From Bacillota bacterium (lineage in GTDB: Bacteria > Bacillota > Negativicutes > Sporomusales > CTSoil-080): DNA of 64,000 nucleotides. A program made the translations under genes and the position numbers. Below the pieces are notes generated by a model, which was not told the origin of the DNA, did not search any database, and was given only the letters and a program-made list of their open reading frames with translations. The DNA lies in NCBI GenBank assembly GCA_017889625.1, contig JAGGAD010000023.1:238-64237 (forward strand), given 5' to 3'. Shown one piece after another: positions 9,446 through 20,726 of this stretch (its first letter is position 1; each line of letters begins with the position of its first letter).

Positions 9446-11419
9446 ATGAAAAGTATCCAAGCGAAGTTAACAGTAACTATTCTCGTTATTTTTTGTGTGG
9501 CCCTTGGTACTCTAGGGGGCTTAAACTATTGGAAAGCAAGAAATATTATTCTGGATGATGTTAGTATTAGCATGAGTAAAGAAGCACAAATTTCTTCTGA
9601 GTTTATTTCCCATTGGATAAAGAAAAACCAGGCCGAAATCTCGGGGCTTACGGCAGCTCCAGCGATTCAAGGCGGAAACAAAGCGGAAATTGCGGCTTTT
9701 CTTGCTAATGTGCTCAAGGATAATAATACTTTTCAAGGCATTACATATGCCACGCCAGATGGAAATTATATTAATTCGTTTGGGTTAACGGGAAATATCA
9801 GTCAGCGTGTTTATTTTCAAAAAGCGATAAAGGGCGAGTCGACTATTTCTGATCCAATAGTGTCCAAGGAAAAGGGCAATATGATTATAAATGTAGCGGT
9901 ACCGGTTAAGACTAACGGCAATGTGACGGGAATATTATCTGGGCAAATTAGTTTGGAGGATACGATTAAGCAAGTCGCGTCGATAAAGGTTGGTCAGACG
10001 GGATATGCCTATGTGGTGCAGGATGATGGCTTAATTATCATGCATCCTGATAAAGAAAAGGTTATGAAGGACAATGTTCTAACTAACGAAACCTTTACGA
10101 AATCAACCAAGGCCGTAAATGAGCGTATCGCTAGGGGCGAGACGGGGGCGGACAGCTATGATTATCAGGGGATTAAAAAGATGGCGGCCTTTGCTCCAAT
10201 CGAAGGAACTAGCTGGTCGTTGTCGCTGAATGTTCCGCTGGATGAGGTTACCGGGGTAATGTCAAGCTTTTCGACAATATCCCTCGTTACGACGATCGCG
10301 ATGTTGGTTGTAGCCGGGCTTTTCATTGCCTGGTACGCTCGTCGCATTGCCAGACCTATTCAGGCATTGGAAAAAGCGGCTAACCTTATTGCCGCGGGCG
10401 AGCTTACTCAAGTAAGCTTGGATATTAATTCCAATGATGAAATTGGTCGGCTGGGGCACAGCTTTGGCAAGATGGCAGAAAACTTGCGGGCTTTGATTCA
10501 AAAAATTCTTGGGGCTACCCACCAAGTCGCGGCATCATCGGAAGAACTCACCGCTAACGCTGAGCAGACGGCACAAGCGGCAAATCAGGTAGCGCAGACG
10601 ATTACTGATGTGGCCGATGGAGCAGAAAACCAGCTAAAAGCAGTGGATGATACGTTTAAGGTTATTCAACAAATGTCGGCGGGTGTACAGCAAATCGTGG
10701 ACAATACCCATAGCGTAGCCGAAACTTCAAACCAATCAGCTGAAGCGGCCCAAGCGGGTGGTAAGGCGGTAGAAAAAGCAATAGCGCAAATGAGTTCTAT
10801 TGAACAAACGGTAACCAGATCAGCGCAGGTGGTGACAAAGCTTGGCGAGCGGTCCAAGGAAATTGGCCAAATTGTTGATACTATAGCTGGTATTGCCGGG
10901 CAGACCAATCTTTTGGCGCTTAATGCCGCTATCGAAGCAGCTCGGGCCGGGGAACAGGGCCGCGGTTTCGCGGTGGTGGCTGAAGAGGTAAGGAAACTTG
11001 CTGAACAGTCTCAAGATGCGGCAAAACAAATTGCTTCATTGATTACTGAAGTTCAGAAAGATACTGGTGATGCTGTAACGGCTATGACTGAGGGAACTAA
11101 AGAAGTGCAAATTGGTACGGAAGTAGTAAATGATGCCGGGCAAACTTTCCTCAAAATCACGGAACTGTTTAATAAGGTATCTTCTCAAATAACGGATATT
11201 TCATCTGCTGTCCAGCAAATGTCAATTGGAACGCAACAGATTGTGTCAGCTGTCCAGATGATTGATAATATAAGTAAAGAGGCGGCTAGTCAATCGCAGA
11301 CGGTTTCTGCGGCTACGGAAGAACAGTCGGCAACGATGGAGGAAATTGCATCATCAAGCCAGGCGTTAGCAAAAATGGCTGAAGAACTCACTGAGGCGGT
11401 AAGCGAATTTAAGGTTTAA
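9446..11419 (+). CDS. Methyl-accepting chemotaxis protein (dCache, HAMP)
   Basis: Two TMs, Cache motif [39 protein letters not shown]. Confidence 0.95.
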   Translation: MKSIQAKLTVTILVIFCVALGTLGGLNYWKARNIILDDVSISMSKEAQISSEFISHWIKKNQAEISGLTAAPAIQGGNKAEIAAFLANVLKDNNTFQGITYATPDGNYINSFGLTGNISQRVYFQKAIKGESTISDPIVSKEKGNMIINVAVPVKTNGNVTGILSGQISLEDTIKQVASIKVGQTGYAYVVQDDGLIIMHPDKEKVMKDNVLTNETFTKSTKAVNERIARGETGADSYDYQGIKKMAAFAPIEGTSWSLSLNVPLDEVTGVMSSFSTISLVTTIAMLVVAGLFIAWYARRIARPIQALEKAANLIAAGELTQVSLDINSNDEIGRLGHSFGKMAENLRALIQKILGATHQVAASSEELTANAEQTAQAANQVAQTITDVADGAENQLKAVDDTFKVIQQMSAGVQQIVDNTHSVAETSNQSAEAAQAGGKAVEKAIAQMSSIEQTVTRSAQVVTKLGERSKEIGQIVDTIAGIAGQTNLLALNAAIEAARAGEQGRGFAVVAEEVRKLAEQSQDAAKQIASLITEVQKDTGDAVTAMTEGTKEVQIGTEVVNDAGQTFLKITELFNKVSSQITDISSAVQQMSIGTQQIVSAVQMIDNISKEAASQSQTVSAATEEQSATMEEIASSSQALAKMAEELTEAVSEFKV

Positions 11420-11564
11420 GAAGTTATATAAGGTTTATATAATATAGCAGTGAAAGAAGAGCGTTGAGCGGTTGCTTATTGTTTTTAGCGAGTCCCTACT
11501 AACCTATTGCAGGCATAGTAGGGGCTTTTTGCTGTACGGATGCCGAAAGGTTTTGTTATCACTA

Positions 11565-11607
11565 TTGACATTAAATGCTAGTATAAGTATAATTTGACTT
11601 AAGTCAA
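11565..11607 (+). promoter_or_regulatory. Consensus SigA promoter with adjacent 14-bp palindromic operator
   Basis: TTGACA(11565)-17-TATAAT(11588); perfect palindrome TTGACTTAAGTCAA 11594-11607. Confidence 0.8.
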
Positions 11608-11730
11608 TTAATAACAAATGAAGCGGGCTATCCAATGCAGGGCGGTTCGGAGAATTCACGTTGAGAGTTGTTTATAATGGGTTCTTACGGAAACATGTAG
11701 TTGCAGATAATCTAGTAAAGAGAAAAGTAG

Positions 11731-12882
11731 GTGATCCCCATTTGTAGACAAGTGCAACAAGTTCTTATAGTTTCGGCCTCGGTTGGGGCTGGGCATGATC
11801 AGGCGGGGTATGCGCTAAAAACGGAGATTGGTAAGCGCTATCCGCTGGTTCGAACTGAATTTATCGACTTTATGGACAGCAAATATACTTTTAATAATTT
11901 ATTGAAGGAAGTCTATCTGGAGATGCTGGAATGTGCCCCTAGTTTGTACAACTTCATGTACCAGATTGCAGCACGGCCCGGCAATGCCCGACTTAATACT
12001 AAATATGCTTTATTCAAGATTATGCAGCATCATATGGAGGAGCTGTTTTCTCAGTACCAGCCTGATTTAGTGATTTTTACGCATCCTTTTCCCTGCGGTG
12101 CGGCTGCGCGCATCCGTCGCAAAGGTGGCTGTGCGATACCGCTTGCGGCTGTCGTCACCGATTTTTCCTTCCATGATATGTGGTGTTTTCATGAGGTCGA
12201 CGAATATTTTGTGGCTACCAAGGAATTGCGACAGGCATTGGCAGGCCGTGGTATGCCCAACTGTCGGGTTCATGTTACCGGTATTCCGGTACGGTCGGGG
12301 TTCGGACTAACTGGGGATGCAACGGTTAGTCGCCAAAAATGGGGTCTGAGTGCCGATAAGCCGATCGTATTACTTATGGGCGGCGGTCTTGGTCTTGGCG
12401 CGATTGAAGAAGCGGTGCTTAGTGTAGATGAACTGAAGCAGCCGGTACAGGCAGTAGTCGTTGCCGGTAAAAATGTCAGCTTGTTTGATTCGCTCCAGAA
12501 TGTTGCGGGTCAAATGCAGCAGTCGGTTAAGGTGTTTGGTTTTGTAGATAACATACCCGAACTGATGGCGGTGGCTGATATTCTTATTACAAAGCCAGGA
12601 GGTTTGACGGTCAGTGAAGCTATGGCAGTTGGAGTGCCCATGGTCTTTTATAGACCGCTTCCCGGACAGGAGGAAGCCAATTCCCGTTATATGACTTCGC
12701 GCGGTATTGCCATTGAGGCAGTTTCTCGCAGCCAGTTAATTACGACGCTTGAAAAGCTTTTAGCCCAGCCGCAACAATTGCAGATGTTGCGGGAACGCTC
12801 GCTGAAGTTAGGCCATCCACAGTCTTCAACCCATATCATTGATATTCTTAATTCTAGGATTGGTCCTTTTGCCAGCTTTTGA
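11731..12882 (+). CDS. MGDG synthase/UgtP-like GT28 glycosyltransferase
   Basis: SASVGAGH, THPF, TGIPV, GGGLG, ITKPGGLTVSEA, PGQEE.N. Confidence 0.9.
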   Translation: MIPICRQVQQVLIVSASVGAGHDQAGYALKTEIGKRYPLVRTEFIDFMDSKYTFNNLLKEVYLEMLECAPSLYNFMYQIAARPGNARLNTKYALFKIMQHHMEELFSQYQPDLVIFTHPFPCGAAARIRRKGGCAIPLAAVVTDFSFHDMWCFHEVDEYFVATKELRQALAGRGMPNCRVHVTGIPVRSGFGLTGDATVSRQKWGLSADKPIVLLMGGGLGLGAIEEAVLSVDELKQPVQAVVVAGKNVSLFDSLQNVAGQMQQSVKVFGFVDNIPELMAVADILITKPGGLTVSEAMAVGVPMVFYRPLPGQEEANSRYMTSRGIAIEAVSRSQLITTLEKLLAQPQQLQMLRERSLKLGHPQSSTHIIDILNSRIGPFASF

Positions 12883-12977
12883 CTAAGTGATTTAGGCCGA
12901 GACGACTAGATAATCACGCAAAAATCTGGATTAAGATAGCTGGGCGTTACTGAAGTTAAATTATTGGAGTGATTAGT

Positions 12978-13616
12978 ATGGCAAGACCACCACAGGATCC
13001 CCGAATTCGCATAAAAGAGATATTGGATGCGGCTGAGAGTTTATTTTATGAACATGGCTATCAACAAACGATGATTAGTGATATTGTAAAAAGGATTGGG
13101 GTAGCGCAGGGAACTTTTTATTATTATTTCTCCTCAAAAGAAGAGATTATCGAAGCCTTAATTAATCGTAACTTATTAAATATTAGTACTGAAATTGATA
13201 AAACGATTTATGCGAAGAATATTACGCTTTCGCACAAAATTGAATTGGTGGTAAATAGTTTATTTAATGCGCTTCATCACGAGAAAGGCCTGGTGCTGGG
13301 GTATTTATATAATGACCAATCAATTCTTCTTATGGACAAGTTATTCCGTCAGGCTAAGAAGTTACTTACGCCTTATCTGTGTGACATTATTGAAGAAGGC
13401 AATAGCAAAGCTACTTTTAAAGATGCGCAGCCCAAAGCATCTTTAGCGTTTATCTTGGCAATCATTCAATGTTATATTGAGGCTATTTATGAAAAAGAGC
13501 CAGCGGAAATTTTGACCTATAAATGGACTGTGGCCAAGGAACTGATTGAAAATGTGTTGGGAATAGCGAAAGGAAGTTTGGACCTTGCGACAGTCCCGTT
13601 AGTTGATGGAAACTAA
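12978..13616 (+). CDS. TetR/AcrR regulator
   Basis: N-terminal HTH GVAQGTFYYYFSSKEE. Confidence 0.9.
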   Translation: MARPPQDPRIRIKEILDAAESLFYEHGYQQTMISDIVKRIGVAQGTFYYYFSSKEEIIEALINRNLLNISTEIDKTIYAKNITLSHKIELVVNSLFNALHHEKGLVLGYLYNDQSILLMDKLFRQAKKLLTPYLCDIIEEGNSKATFKDAQPKASLAFILAIIQCYIEAIYEKEPAEILTYKWTVAKELIENVLGIAKGSLDLATVPLVDGN

Positions 13617-13656
13617 CCGGTACTAAAGTCTAATAAGAATAAATGAGGAAACCGAT

Positions 13657-14217
13657 ATGATAAGCGAAGCGCTTTTTGTGCAAAGATTTATTAAGCAACC
13701 GAAAAAAATTGGCAGCATCGTTCCGAGTTCATCATTTTTAACGAGAAAAATGTTAGAAACGCTGCCATGGGGTAATCTGGAAACTATTGTTGAATTGGGG
13801 GCTGGGACGGGAGTATTTACCGACTATATTGCTCGTAATAAACGGGAAGATTGCCGGGTGTTTTTAATTGAACAAGATGCAAAAATGTGTGAAGCATTAC
13901 AAGGTCGTTTTCCCGAGTTTTATTTGGGTACGCAAGCGGAGCGGCTTTCTCAGTTGTTGTATAAATATGATATAGAGAAAGTTGATTGTATTATATCGGG
14001 GTTGCCTTTTGCAATGTTTTCTAAAGAACTGCAGAATCAAATTATGCATGAGGTTACTATTTCTTTAAAATCGAACGGCATTTTTATGGCATTTCAATAT
14101 TCTTTGCACATGAAAAAGACATTTTCTAATTGTTTTAGCAAAGTAACCATAGGTTTTGAACCATTAAACTTTCCGCCGGCTTTTGTGTATTGTTGCCGGT
14201 TCCCGCAAAAATGTTAG
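13657..14217 (+). CDS. Phospholipid N-methyltransferase-like SAM methyltransferase (COG3963)
   Basis: P.KIGSIVPSS, VELGAGTG, IISGLPF, FQY, N.PPA.VY. Confidence 0.85.
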   Translation: MISEALFVQRFIKQPKKIGSIVPSSSFLTRKMLETLPWGNLETIVELGAGTGVFTDYIARNKREDCRVFLIEQDAKMCEALQGRFPEFYLGTQAERLSQLLYKYDIEKVDCIISGLPFAMFSKELQNQIMHEVTISLKSNGIFMAFQYSLHMKKTFSNCFSKVTIGFEPLNFPPAFVYCCRFPQKC

Positions 14218-14310
14218 GGGGCAAAAAGCCATGCCAGCAAAGCGGTTGACATATAATAATTATGCCAGTAAGCAAAGCGTGGGTTTACGGGGAAGGGATG
14301 ATCCCGGAAT

Positions 14311-14359
14311 AAAAAACGAGAGCCAGCCAGGTGTAAACCAGTGCTAGTTCTCGTTTTTT
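14311..14359. terminator. Bidirectional terminator between convergent genes
   Basis: aaaaaacgagagc / gttctcgtttttt. Confidence 0.65.
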
Positions 14360-14441
14360 ATATTTAATTATTACTAATTGGCAGTGGGTTCAGTTTTGTT
14401 TAGATACTATTTTTTGCAGAAGAAGTTTTAATTGGCTGTTT

Positions 14442-16157
14442 CTATAATTTAAACTTACTCACAGCTTCCTTAAGATCCATAGATAGACTGGCTAAGGATT
14501 GGCTGGCGGAGGCGATTTCCTGCATGGAGGCCGATTGCTCTTCGGTAGCAGCTGATATCGTTTGGGTTTCGCCCGAGGCTTTTTTGCTTAGTTCATCAAT
14601 TTGGTTTACGGCGCCAACAATCTGTTGACTGTTAGCAGCCATATTTTCAATTGCGGTTGATATTTCTTTAATTTGGTGGGACACTTGGTTGATTAGGGTC
14701 GCGATTTCATTAAAGGCTTTGCCGGAAACGGTAACTATTTCTGCGCCCAACTTAACTTCCTGCGTGCCTTCGCCCATGGCGGCTACGGCTTTGACGGTAT
14801 CGTTCTGGATTTCGCCAATGAGTGAAGCGATTTGCTCGGTTGCTCCCTGAGATTGCTCGGCTAATTTGCGTACTTCTTCGGCCACTACGGCAAAACCGCG
14901 GCCTTGTTCGCCGGCCCGGGCTGCTTCAATAGCGGCATTGAGAGCTAACAAGTTCGTCTGGCTGGCAATGCCCGAAATAGTCTCGACAATCTGACCGATT
15001 TCTTTAGAGCGTTCGCCAAGTTTGGTGACTACTTCGGCCGAGGCGGTAACGGCCTTTTCGACTTGGGACATTTGATTTATCGCTTTATCCGCGGCTTGAT
15101 TGCCTGCGGTTGCCTTGTCAACGGCTAAAGCAGATTGGTCGGCAACTTCATTGGCATTGGCGGCAATTTGTTGGATGCCAGCCGACATATCCTGGATTAC
15201 CGAAGTGGTATTGTTGGCGGCAGCCAATTGATTATCCATGCTTTGAGCAACTTCGGTAATCGAGCCGGCTACTTGGTTTGCCGCTTGGGCCGACTGTTCA
15301 GCGCTGGCGGTCAATTCTTCAGAAGATGATGCGACCTGCTCGGATGAATCATTTATCTGTTTCATTAGGGTTCGGAGACTAGTACGCATATTGACCAAAG
15401 CATCAGCTAATTGCCCAAGCTCATCCCGGCTCAGCAACTTTCGCGGCTTGTCCCGGAAATCGCCGGAGGCAAGGTCTTTACACATTGCTACCATTAAGCC
15501 TAAAGGATGCGTGATGGCTTTGGCAATAAAGTAACCGCAAATTCCCAATACCAAAAAACCGGCCAGGTTAATAAAAATAGTGATGATACCGATTGTATTA
15601 AAGCGAGTTTCATTATTGCTATTGATCTCTGAGGCTGATTTGGCCAAATATTGACTCAGCTCGCGCAAATTATCCGCAAGCGCATTTGCATCCGCTGATA
15701 CTTGACTTGTATACAACGCATACGCCTCAGCATTTTTATTCTGTAGTGCTAACGCAACAACTTTGTCCCGCCCATCATTGTATTGATTACCGGACATTGC
15801 TACTTTCTGCAAGATTTGCCGCGTTTTCGAATCTAGATTACATTGTTCTAGAGTATCAAGATTTTCTTTGGTTTTTGTAGAGCGATCATCGATAAGCTGT
15901 TTTAGTTCTTGATTTTTCGCCGGATCGGTTGTAAGCATGAGTTCTAGTACGGCACCATTCATCGTTCTAACATAAGTTCGTGCTTCACTGGCAAATTCAA
16001 TCGGTCGTAATTGATCAGTGTACATAGTATTCATATCGGTATGTAAAGCATTCTGAAAAAGGTACCCATTAATGCTGACCGCAAGCAGTATGATAAATGC
16101 TAAAAGTAACAGACTGCCAAGTTTATAGGCCATTTTTGCATTTCGAAACCAATTCAT
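14442..16157 (-). CDS. Methyl-accepting chemotaxis protein (four-helix-bundle sensor)
   Basis: MNWFRN.K...KL start, TM-4HB-TM-HAMP, conserved MCP signalling hairpin. Confidence 0.95.
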   Translation of the reverse strand: MNWFRNAKMAYKLGSLLLLAFIILLAVSINGYLFQNALHTDMNTMYTDQLRPIEFASEARTYVRTMNGAVLELMLTTDPAKNQELKQLIDDRSTKTKENLDTLEQCNLDSKTRQILQKVAMSGNQYNDGRDKVVALALQNKNAEAYALYTSQVSADANALADNLRELSQYLAKSASEINSNNETRFNTIGIITIFINLAGFLVLGICGYFIAKAITHPLGLMVAMCKDLASGDFRDKPRKLLSRDELGQLADALVNMRTSLRTLMKQINDSSEQVASSSEELTASAEQSAQAANQVAGSITEVAQSMDNQLAAANNTTSVIQDMSAGIQQIAANANEVADQSALAVDKATAGNQAADKAINQMSQVEKAVTASAEVVTKLGERSKEIGQIVETISGIASQTNLLALNAAIEAARAGEQGRGFAVVAEEVRKLAEQSQGATEQIASLIGEIQNDTVKAVAAMGEGTQEVKLGAEIVTVSGKAFNEIATLINQVSHQIKEISTAIENMAANSQQIVGAVNQIDELSKKASGETQTISAATEEQSASMQEIASASQSLASLSMDLKEAVSKFKL

Positions 16158-16410
16158 AAATCAAGCTCCTATCTATACTTTTTTTATACAAAATTGCGAA
16201 AAATGTCACAATTGTCGTATTCTTACATTATACGACACAATTCGCATATGTGAAAATATTTTATCATTATTTTGGCGTTGTTACTAGTAAGATTTAAATG
16301 TTAAAGTTTACTACAAGCTTAATTTTCTTACGGTTGAGGGTAACGGTACGGATATAAGGTATAAGTATATTTCGATCGCTAAATAATATTGATGAGAGTT
16401 GTTTGAAGGT

Positions 16411-16500
16411 AAAATAGGCAGTACTAGGCTTCGATGGCCTTGGTACGGCCCTATTTTTGTTGTGGCTGGCGGGGCTGTCAGTAGAACCGTCCTGGTGACA
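16411..16500. repeat. Palindromic repeat unit shared with 52747-52822
   Basis: ATAGGCAGTACWAGGCTTCGMTGGCYTTG hairpin plus downstream tgtca-gaaccgtcc-tgaca palindrome. Confidence 0.45.
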
Positions 16501-16586
16501 TGCATTTTAGTTGTTGACGGGAATGATAAAATATGTAATAAATTAAATATACATACCCGTTGGTATTCTGGAGGTTGGAAAGATAT

Positions 16587-17174
16587 ATGAGAAAAGATGA
16601 GATTATTAAGGTTACTTTGCGGTTATTTCTTTCACGAGGGTATCGTAATGTTTCGCTTAACGATGTAGCCGATGAAATTGGAATAACGAAGGGCGGGATA
16701 TACCATTATTTTAGAAGCAAAGAAGATTTGTTAAGTCAAGCGGCTGAATTCCTTTTTGAGCACATTAAAGCAAAGCACATAGCGTTATTTAATAATGATA
16801 AAAGTTTGCGTGAAATATTAATGGAGATCCTTAGAGATAAAGAGGTAGAAAGGTATATTAACAATTTAATTGGTCTTGAACATCATGAGACTTTTAATGA
16901 TGAATGGGGGCTATTATTTGAAATTATAACGCTTTGTCCCGATATGCTCCAACGCTTGGAAAGAGACAATTTAGAAGTAAAGGATGTTATAAAAGAAAAG
17001 TTGCGAAAGTTAATAGATAAAGGAGAAATGAGAGCAGATGTTGAGGTGAATGCAACATCTACGATTATATTTACGATTATGATGGGGCGGAGAACACTAC
17101 CGTTCCAATATGTGGATCAAAACGAAAGAGAACAAATTGTGGAGAATTTCTGTAAAATGGTTAGTAAGGGGTGA
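16587..17174 (+). CDS. TetR/AcrR regulator (paralog 1)
   Basis: GITKGGIYHYFRSKE HTH; SD GGAGG. Confidence 0.9.
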   Translation: MRKDEIIKVTLRLFLSRGYRNVSLNDVADEIGITKGGIYHYFRSKEDLLSQAAEFLFEHIKAKHIALFNNDKSLREILMEILRDKEVERYINNLIGLEHHETFNDEWGLLFEIITLCPDMLQRLERDNLEVKDVIKEKLRKLIDKGEMRADVEVNATSTIIFTIMMGRRTLPFQYVDQNEREQIVENFCKMVSKG

Positions 17175-17510
17175 AACGGAAAAGGTTGGCGATGAAACCA
17201 TAGTTAAAACTACATTTTAAAGATTGGAAATAGGAGGATCCGTGTGCCGACAATCTATTTTATAACTTATGGCATTTGTTAGAGGAGCATTTGGTTGTCG
17301 AAACCGGGGATTTTCTGTTCCTGAGTATTGATAATATGAGTCGTAGTATACCAAGATATTGAGTATACTACGACTTTTTGTATAGTAAAACTGTCTGTGA
17401 CATATTATGGTTACTAGTTTTTGCTGTAATCATTGTAAGTCAACGGGGTTAGTAGACGCAGGTTATAAAGAAAAATAATGATATGATCCTTGGGGGAAAA
17501 AATTTAGCTG

Positions 17511-17567
17511 TTGACCGGAATGAGAAAATATGTAATAATCTAAACATACCGACTGGTAGGTATGTTT
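17511..17567 (+). promoter_or_regulatory. Promoter and TetR-type operator
   Basis: TTGACC-17-AATAAT; palindrome AAACATACC-N8-GGTATGTTT 17542-17567; near-copy at 16514-16567. Confidence 0.65.
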
Positions 17568-17585
17568 GAAGGGCTAATTGAATAT

Positions 17586-18161
17586 ATGAGAAAAGATGAG
17601 ATTATTAAAGTTGCTTTGCGGTTATTTCTTTTACGAGGGTATCGTAGTGTTTCACTTAGCGATGTAGCCAATGAACTTGGAATAACGAAGGGAGGGATAT
17701 ACCATTATTTTAAAAGTAAAGAAGATATGTTGATTCAAACGGCAGAATTCTTTTTTGATCTTATAAAAACAAAACACATAGAGTTATTTGATAATGATAA
17801 AGGTTTGTATGAAATATTACAGGCTGTCATTAGAGATAACGAGATAGAAACGTATATTAATAATTTTATTGGTAATAAGGCACCTAATGATGAAATGGGA
17901 CTATTATTTGAATTTATGACGCTTTGTCCAGAGCTGCTGAGGCACTGGGAAAGGGTTAATTTGGAGATAATTACTGCTATTCAAGGAAAGTTGCAAAAGT
18001 TAATCGATAAGGGAGAAATGCGGTCGGATGTTGAGGTGAATGCATTAGCAGCGATTTTGTTCACGCTTATGATTGGTCGTAGAACGATTTCGATGCAATA
18101 TGCAGATCCAAGTGCAAGAGAACAAATTGTGGAGAATTTATGTAAAATGGTTAGTACTTGA
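17586..18161 (+). CDS. TetR/AcrR regulator (paralog 2)
   Basis: Highly similar to 16587-17174 along its length. Confidence 0.9.
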   Translation: MRKDEIIKVALRLFLLRGYRSVSLSDVANELGITKGGIYHYFKSKEDMLIQTAEFFFDLIKTKHIELFDNDKGLYEILQAVIRDNEIETYINNFIGNKAPNDEMGLLFEFMTLCPELLRHWERVNLEIITAIQGKLQKLIDKGEMRSDVEVNALAAILFTLMIGRRTISMQYADPSAREQIVENLCKMVST

Positions 18162-18230
18162 ATCTATAGGTAGTTCTGTTTGGCAACAATCCGGGTACAC
18201 TGTAAAGTTTGAAAATGGGAGGTAGTATAC

Positions 18231-19517
18231 GTGCGCCAGCGATCTCTTTTATTGCTAGGAGCATTTGTTATAGCAATTGCTTTGAATCAAAATGTTTTTG
18301 CCGCGTCTGTTGATTTGTCGCTTGATGAGAGTATTTCTTTAGCATTACAGAACAACTATGACGTTAAATATGCAAATTCTTCAAGGGAAAAGTATTATTG
18401 GGCATTTAAAGAGGCTCAGAATAGTAAGGGGGTTGCGGTGAGTTATGTACATTCTGATGAACGGTACAATACGCCGCCGACTTATTATTCACCTACATAC
18501 ACTTATACAACTGATTTTGACAATGCGTTTACATTTAGTCTTCCTATATATTCCGGTGGTAAATTGGAAGACAAAGTTGAACAGGCGAAACTTGACTTGA
18601 AGGTGGCCGACTTAGACATTGAGCTTGCTAAACAGCAAATCAGGGAAACGGTGATTACAGATTATTTTACTGTATTGGAATATCGTGAGGAAGCGAAAGT
18701 GGATCAGGAAACGGTTAATAATTATGTGGACCACCTGAATTTAGTAAAACAAAAATTTGACTTGGGATTGGTAGCAAAAACAGAAGTATTATCTAGTCAG
18801 GTAAATTTAGCTAAAGCACAAGATAGTTTAATAAAAGCTCAAAACAATTATAATAATGCGGTTGCTGCTTTAAATAACGCCATTGGTCTTCCACATGATA
18901 CGGAAGTAAATTTAAAGGATGATTTTTCACGGCAATTATATCCGTTAGTATTGGAGGAATGCATGCAAAAAGCAGTCAGTCAACGGCCTGAAATGGCACA
19001 GTATGCGGCGAAGGGGACCAGTGCGCAATATGACGTTAAAATTGCCAAGAGCGGATATTTGCCGACGGTAGATTTAACGGCTGAACAGGATTGGTATGAT
19101 ACACATTTGGTTGGCACAAAAAACAACAATTGGTTAATCAAGTTAACAACGTCGTTAAATGTATTTGATTCCGGCGTAACTAATGCAAAAGTTCAACAAG
19201 CAAAACATAATGCAGATATGATATCGGCTAAGGCATCACAAGAACGGGATGCTATTTTATTGGATGTGCGCCAGTACTATTTAAGTATGAATGAAGCGGA
19301 AAAACGAATTGAAACCAATCAGGTATCGGTTAATCAAGCGGAAGAAAATCTTATGATTGAAAAGGCCAAGTATCAAGTTGGCGTAACCACTAATCTGGAT
19401 ATCCTCGATGCTGTATTAGCGCTTGATTCGGCGAAAAAAGACTATATACAGGCTGTGTATGATTTTAATACGTATCGGGCGAAGCTGGATGAAGCAATCG
19501 GTTTAGCAGTGAAATAA
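18231..19517 (+). CDS. TolC-family outer membrane efflux protein
   Basis: Signal peptide, two OEP repeats (LPIYSGG; YLPTVDL...VFDSG), operon with MFP and RND. Confidence 0.9.
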   Translation: MRQRSLLLLGAFVIAIALNQNVFAASVDLSLDESISLALQNNYDVKYANSSREKYYWAFKEAQNSKGVAVSYVHSDERYNTPPTYYSPTYTYTTDFDNAFTFSLPIYSGGKLEDKVEQAKLDLKVADLDIELAKQQIRETVITDYFTVLEYREEAKVDQETVNNYVDHLNLVKQKFDLGLVAKTEVLSSQVNLAKAQDSLIKAQNNYNNAVAALNNAIGLPHDTEVNLKDDFSRQLYPLVLEECMQKAVSQRPEMAQYAAKGTSAQYDVKIAKSGYLPTVDLTAEQDWYDTHLVGTKNNNWLIKLTTSLNVFDSGVTNAKVQQAKHNADMISAKASQERDAILLDVRQYYLSMNEAEKRIETNQVSVNQAEENLMIEKAKYQVGVTTNLDILDAVLALDSAKKDYIQAVYDFNTYRAKLDEAIGLAVK

Positions 19518-19535
19518 TAAGGAGGGCGCTAATAA

Positions 19536-20714
19536 GTGACTAGTAAAATTCTCCCGATCAGTTCGACAAAGCTTTATGTGGGATTGATAGTCTTAATCTT
19601 TGTAGTAGGGATCGTGGCAATGCGGATGATAAGCACAATGAAACATCCCATGCCTTTTTCACAGGAAGTAGAAGTTAAAGCCATGCAGGTAATACAACGC
19701 GATACCCCCATTGATTACCAATTTGTCGGTAAGGTTACATCGAAAAATGAAGTGAAGATTATGTCTAAAGTGTCTGGGAATATTACTGCTAAAATGGTCA
19801 AGGGGGGAGATGCGGTTTATAAAGGGCAGCCTTTGTTTCGGATTGACAATAAACAATATGTTTCGGCGATAAACTCCAGCCGGGCAGCCCTGGCTAAAGC
19901 GCAGGCGGCATTGAATAATTCGCAGCGGGAAGTGGCTCGTTATCGTCAATTGGCAGCGATACAAGGGGTTTCGCAGCAGACGCTGGATACGTACGAAGCC
20001 CAAGCGCAGGAAGACGCGGCAACGGTTGAAGCGGATCGAGCGGCCTTGCAGCAGGCTAGTGAAGATGAGCAAGATACATTAATTGTTTCTCCTGTCGATG
20101 GTCGGATTGATATCAATGATGTAAGTCTAGGCCAGTATGTAACAGCCGGATCGACAACGATGGCGACGGTTTCATCGCTGGATCCTATCTGGGTGCAGTT
20201 CAGTATGAGTGAAAATGAATATATAAAATTTGTCAGGTTGGGCCAGGGGAATTTGCCGGAATCCTTTAGAAATAATCTAAAACTTCTGTTGAGTGATGGA
20301 TCCGAATATGGTTTAACGGGTCAAGTAGAGCAGATTGACAAGGGAATGAGTGACAGCACTGGGACCATAACGATAAAAGCTTCTTTTGCTAACCCCCAAA
20401 GGTTTCTTGTCCCTAATATGTTTGCCAAAGTAATTGCACAGGGAGAAATCAGACAAGGGGCGCTATTAGTTCCTCAGCGTGCCGTAAAAGAACTTTTGGA
20501 TAGTACTTTTATTACGGTTGTTACTGCGGACGATACGGCGGAAAACCGGCAAGTGAAACTGGGAGAAAAGGTTGGCAGTCTATGGGTAGTGGAAGAGGGA
20601 ATTGTGCCGGGTGATATTGTAGTGGTAGAAGGTATTGATAAGGTGAAAGCGGGATCGAAGCTAAAAGTCGATATGGTAGCGCCGGAAGAATATGGCACTC
20701 CGGATAAGCAATAG
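19536..20714 (+). CDS. RND efflux periplasmic adaptor (MFP)
   Basis: V.KGQPLFRID, I.SP.DGRI, TGTITIKA.F.NP, LLVPQRAV. Confidence 0.95.
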   Translation: MTSKILPISSTKLYVGLIVLIFVVGIVAMRMISTMKHPMPFSQEVEVKAMQVIQRDTPIDYQFVGKVTSKNEVKIMSKVSGNITAKMVKGGDAVYKGQPLFRIDNKQYVSAINSSRAALAKAQAALNNSQREVARYRQLAAIQGVSQQTLDTYEAQAQEDAATVEADRAALQQASEDEQDTLIVSPVDGRIDINDVSLGQYVTAGSTTMATVSSLDPIWVQFSMSENEYIKFVRLGQGNLPESFRNNLKLLLSDGSEYGLTGQVEQIDKGMSDSTGTITIKASFANPQRFLVPNMFAKVIAQGEIRQGALLVPQRAVKELLDSTFITVVTADDTAENRQVKLGEKVGSLWVVEEGIVPGDIVVVEGIDKVKAGSKLKVDMVAPEEYGTPDKQ

Positions 20715-20726
20715 GGGTGATTGAAA

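Noticed and set aside
14218-14345. c-di-GMP-I riboswitch-like words (GGCAAA, GCAAAGC, GGGTTTACGG, AGCCAGCCAG)
   Set aside because: P2 stem with GNRA loop cannot be built, and the site lies between convergent gene ends with no downstream gene; the terminator explains the main hairpin
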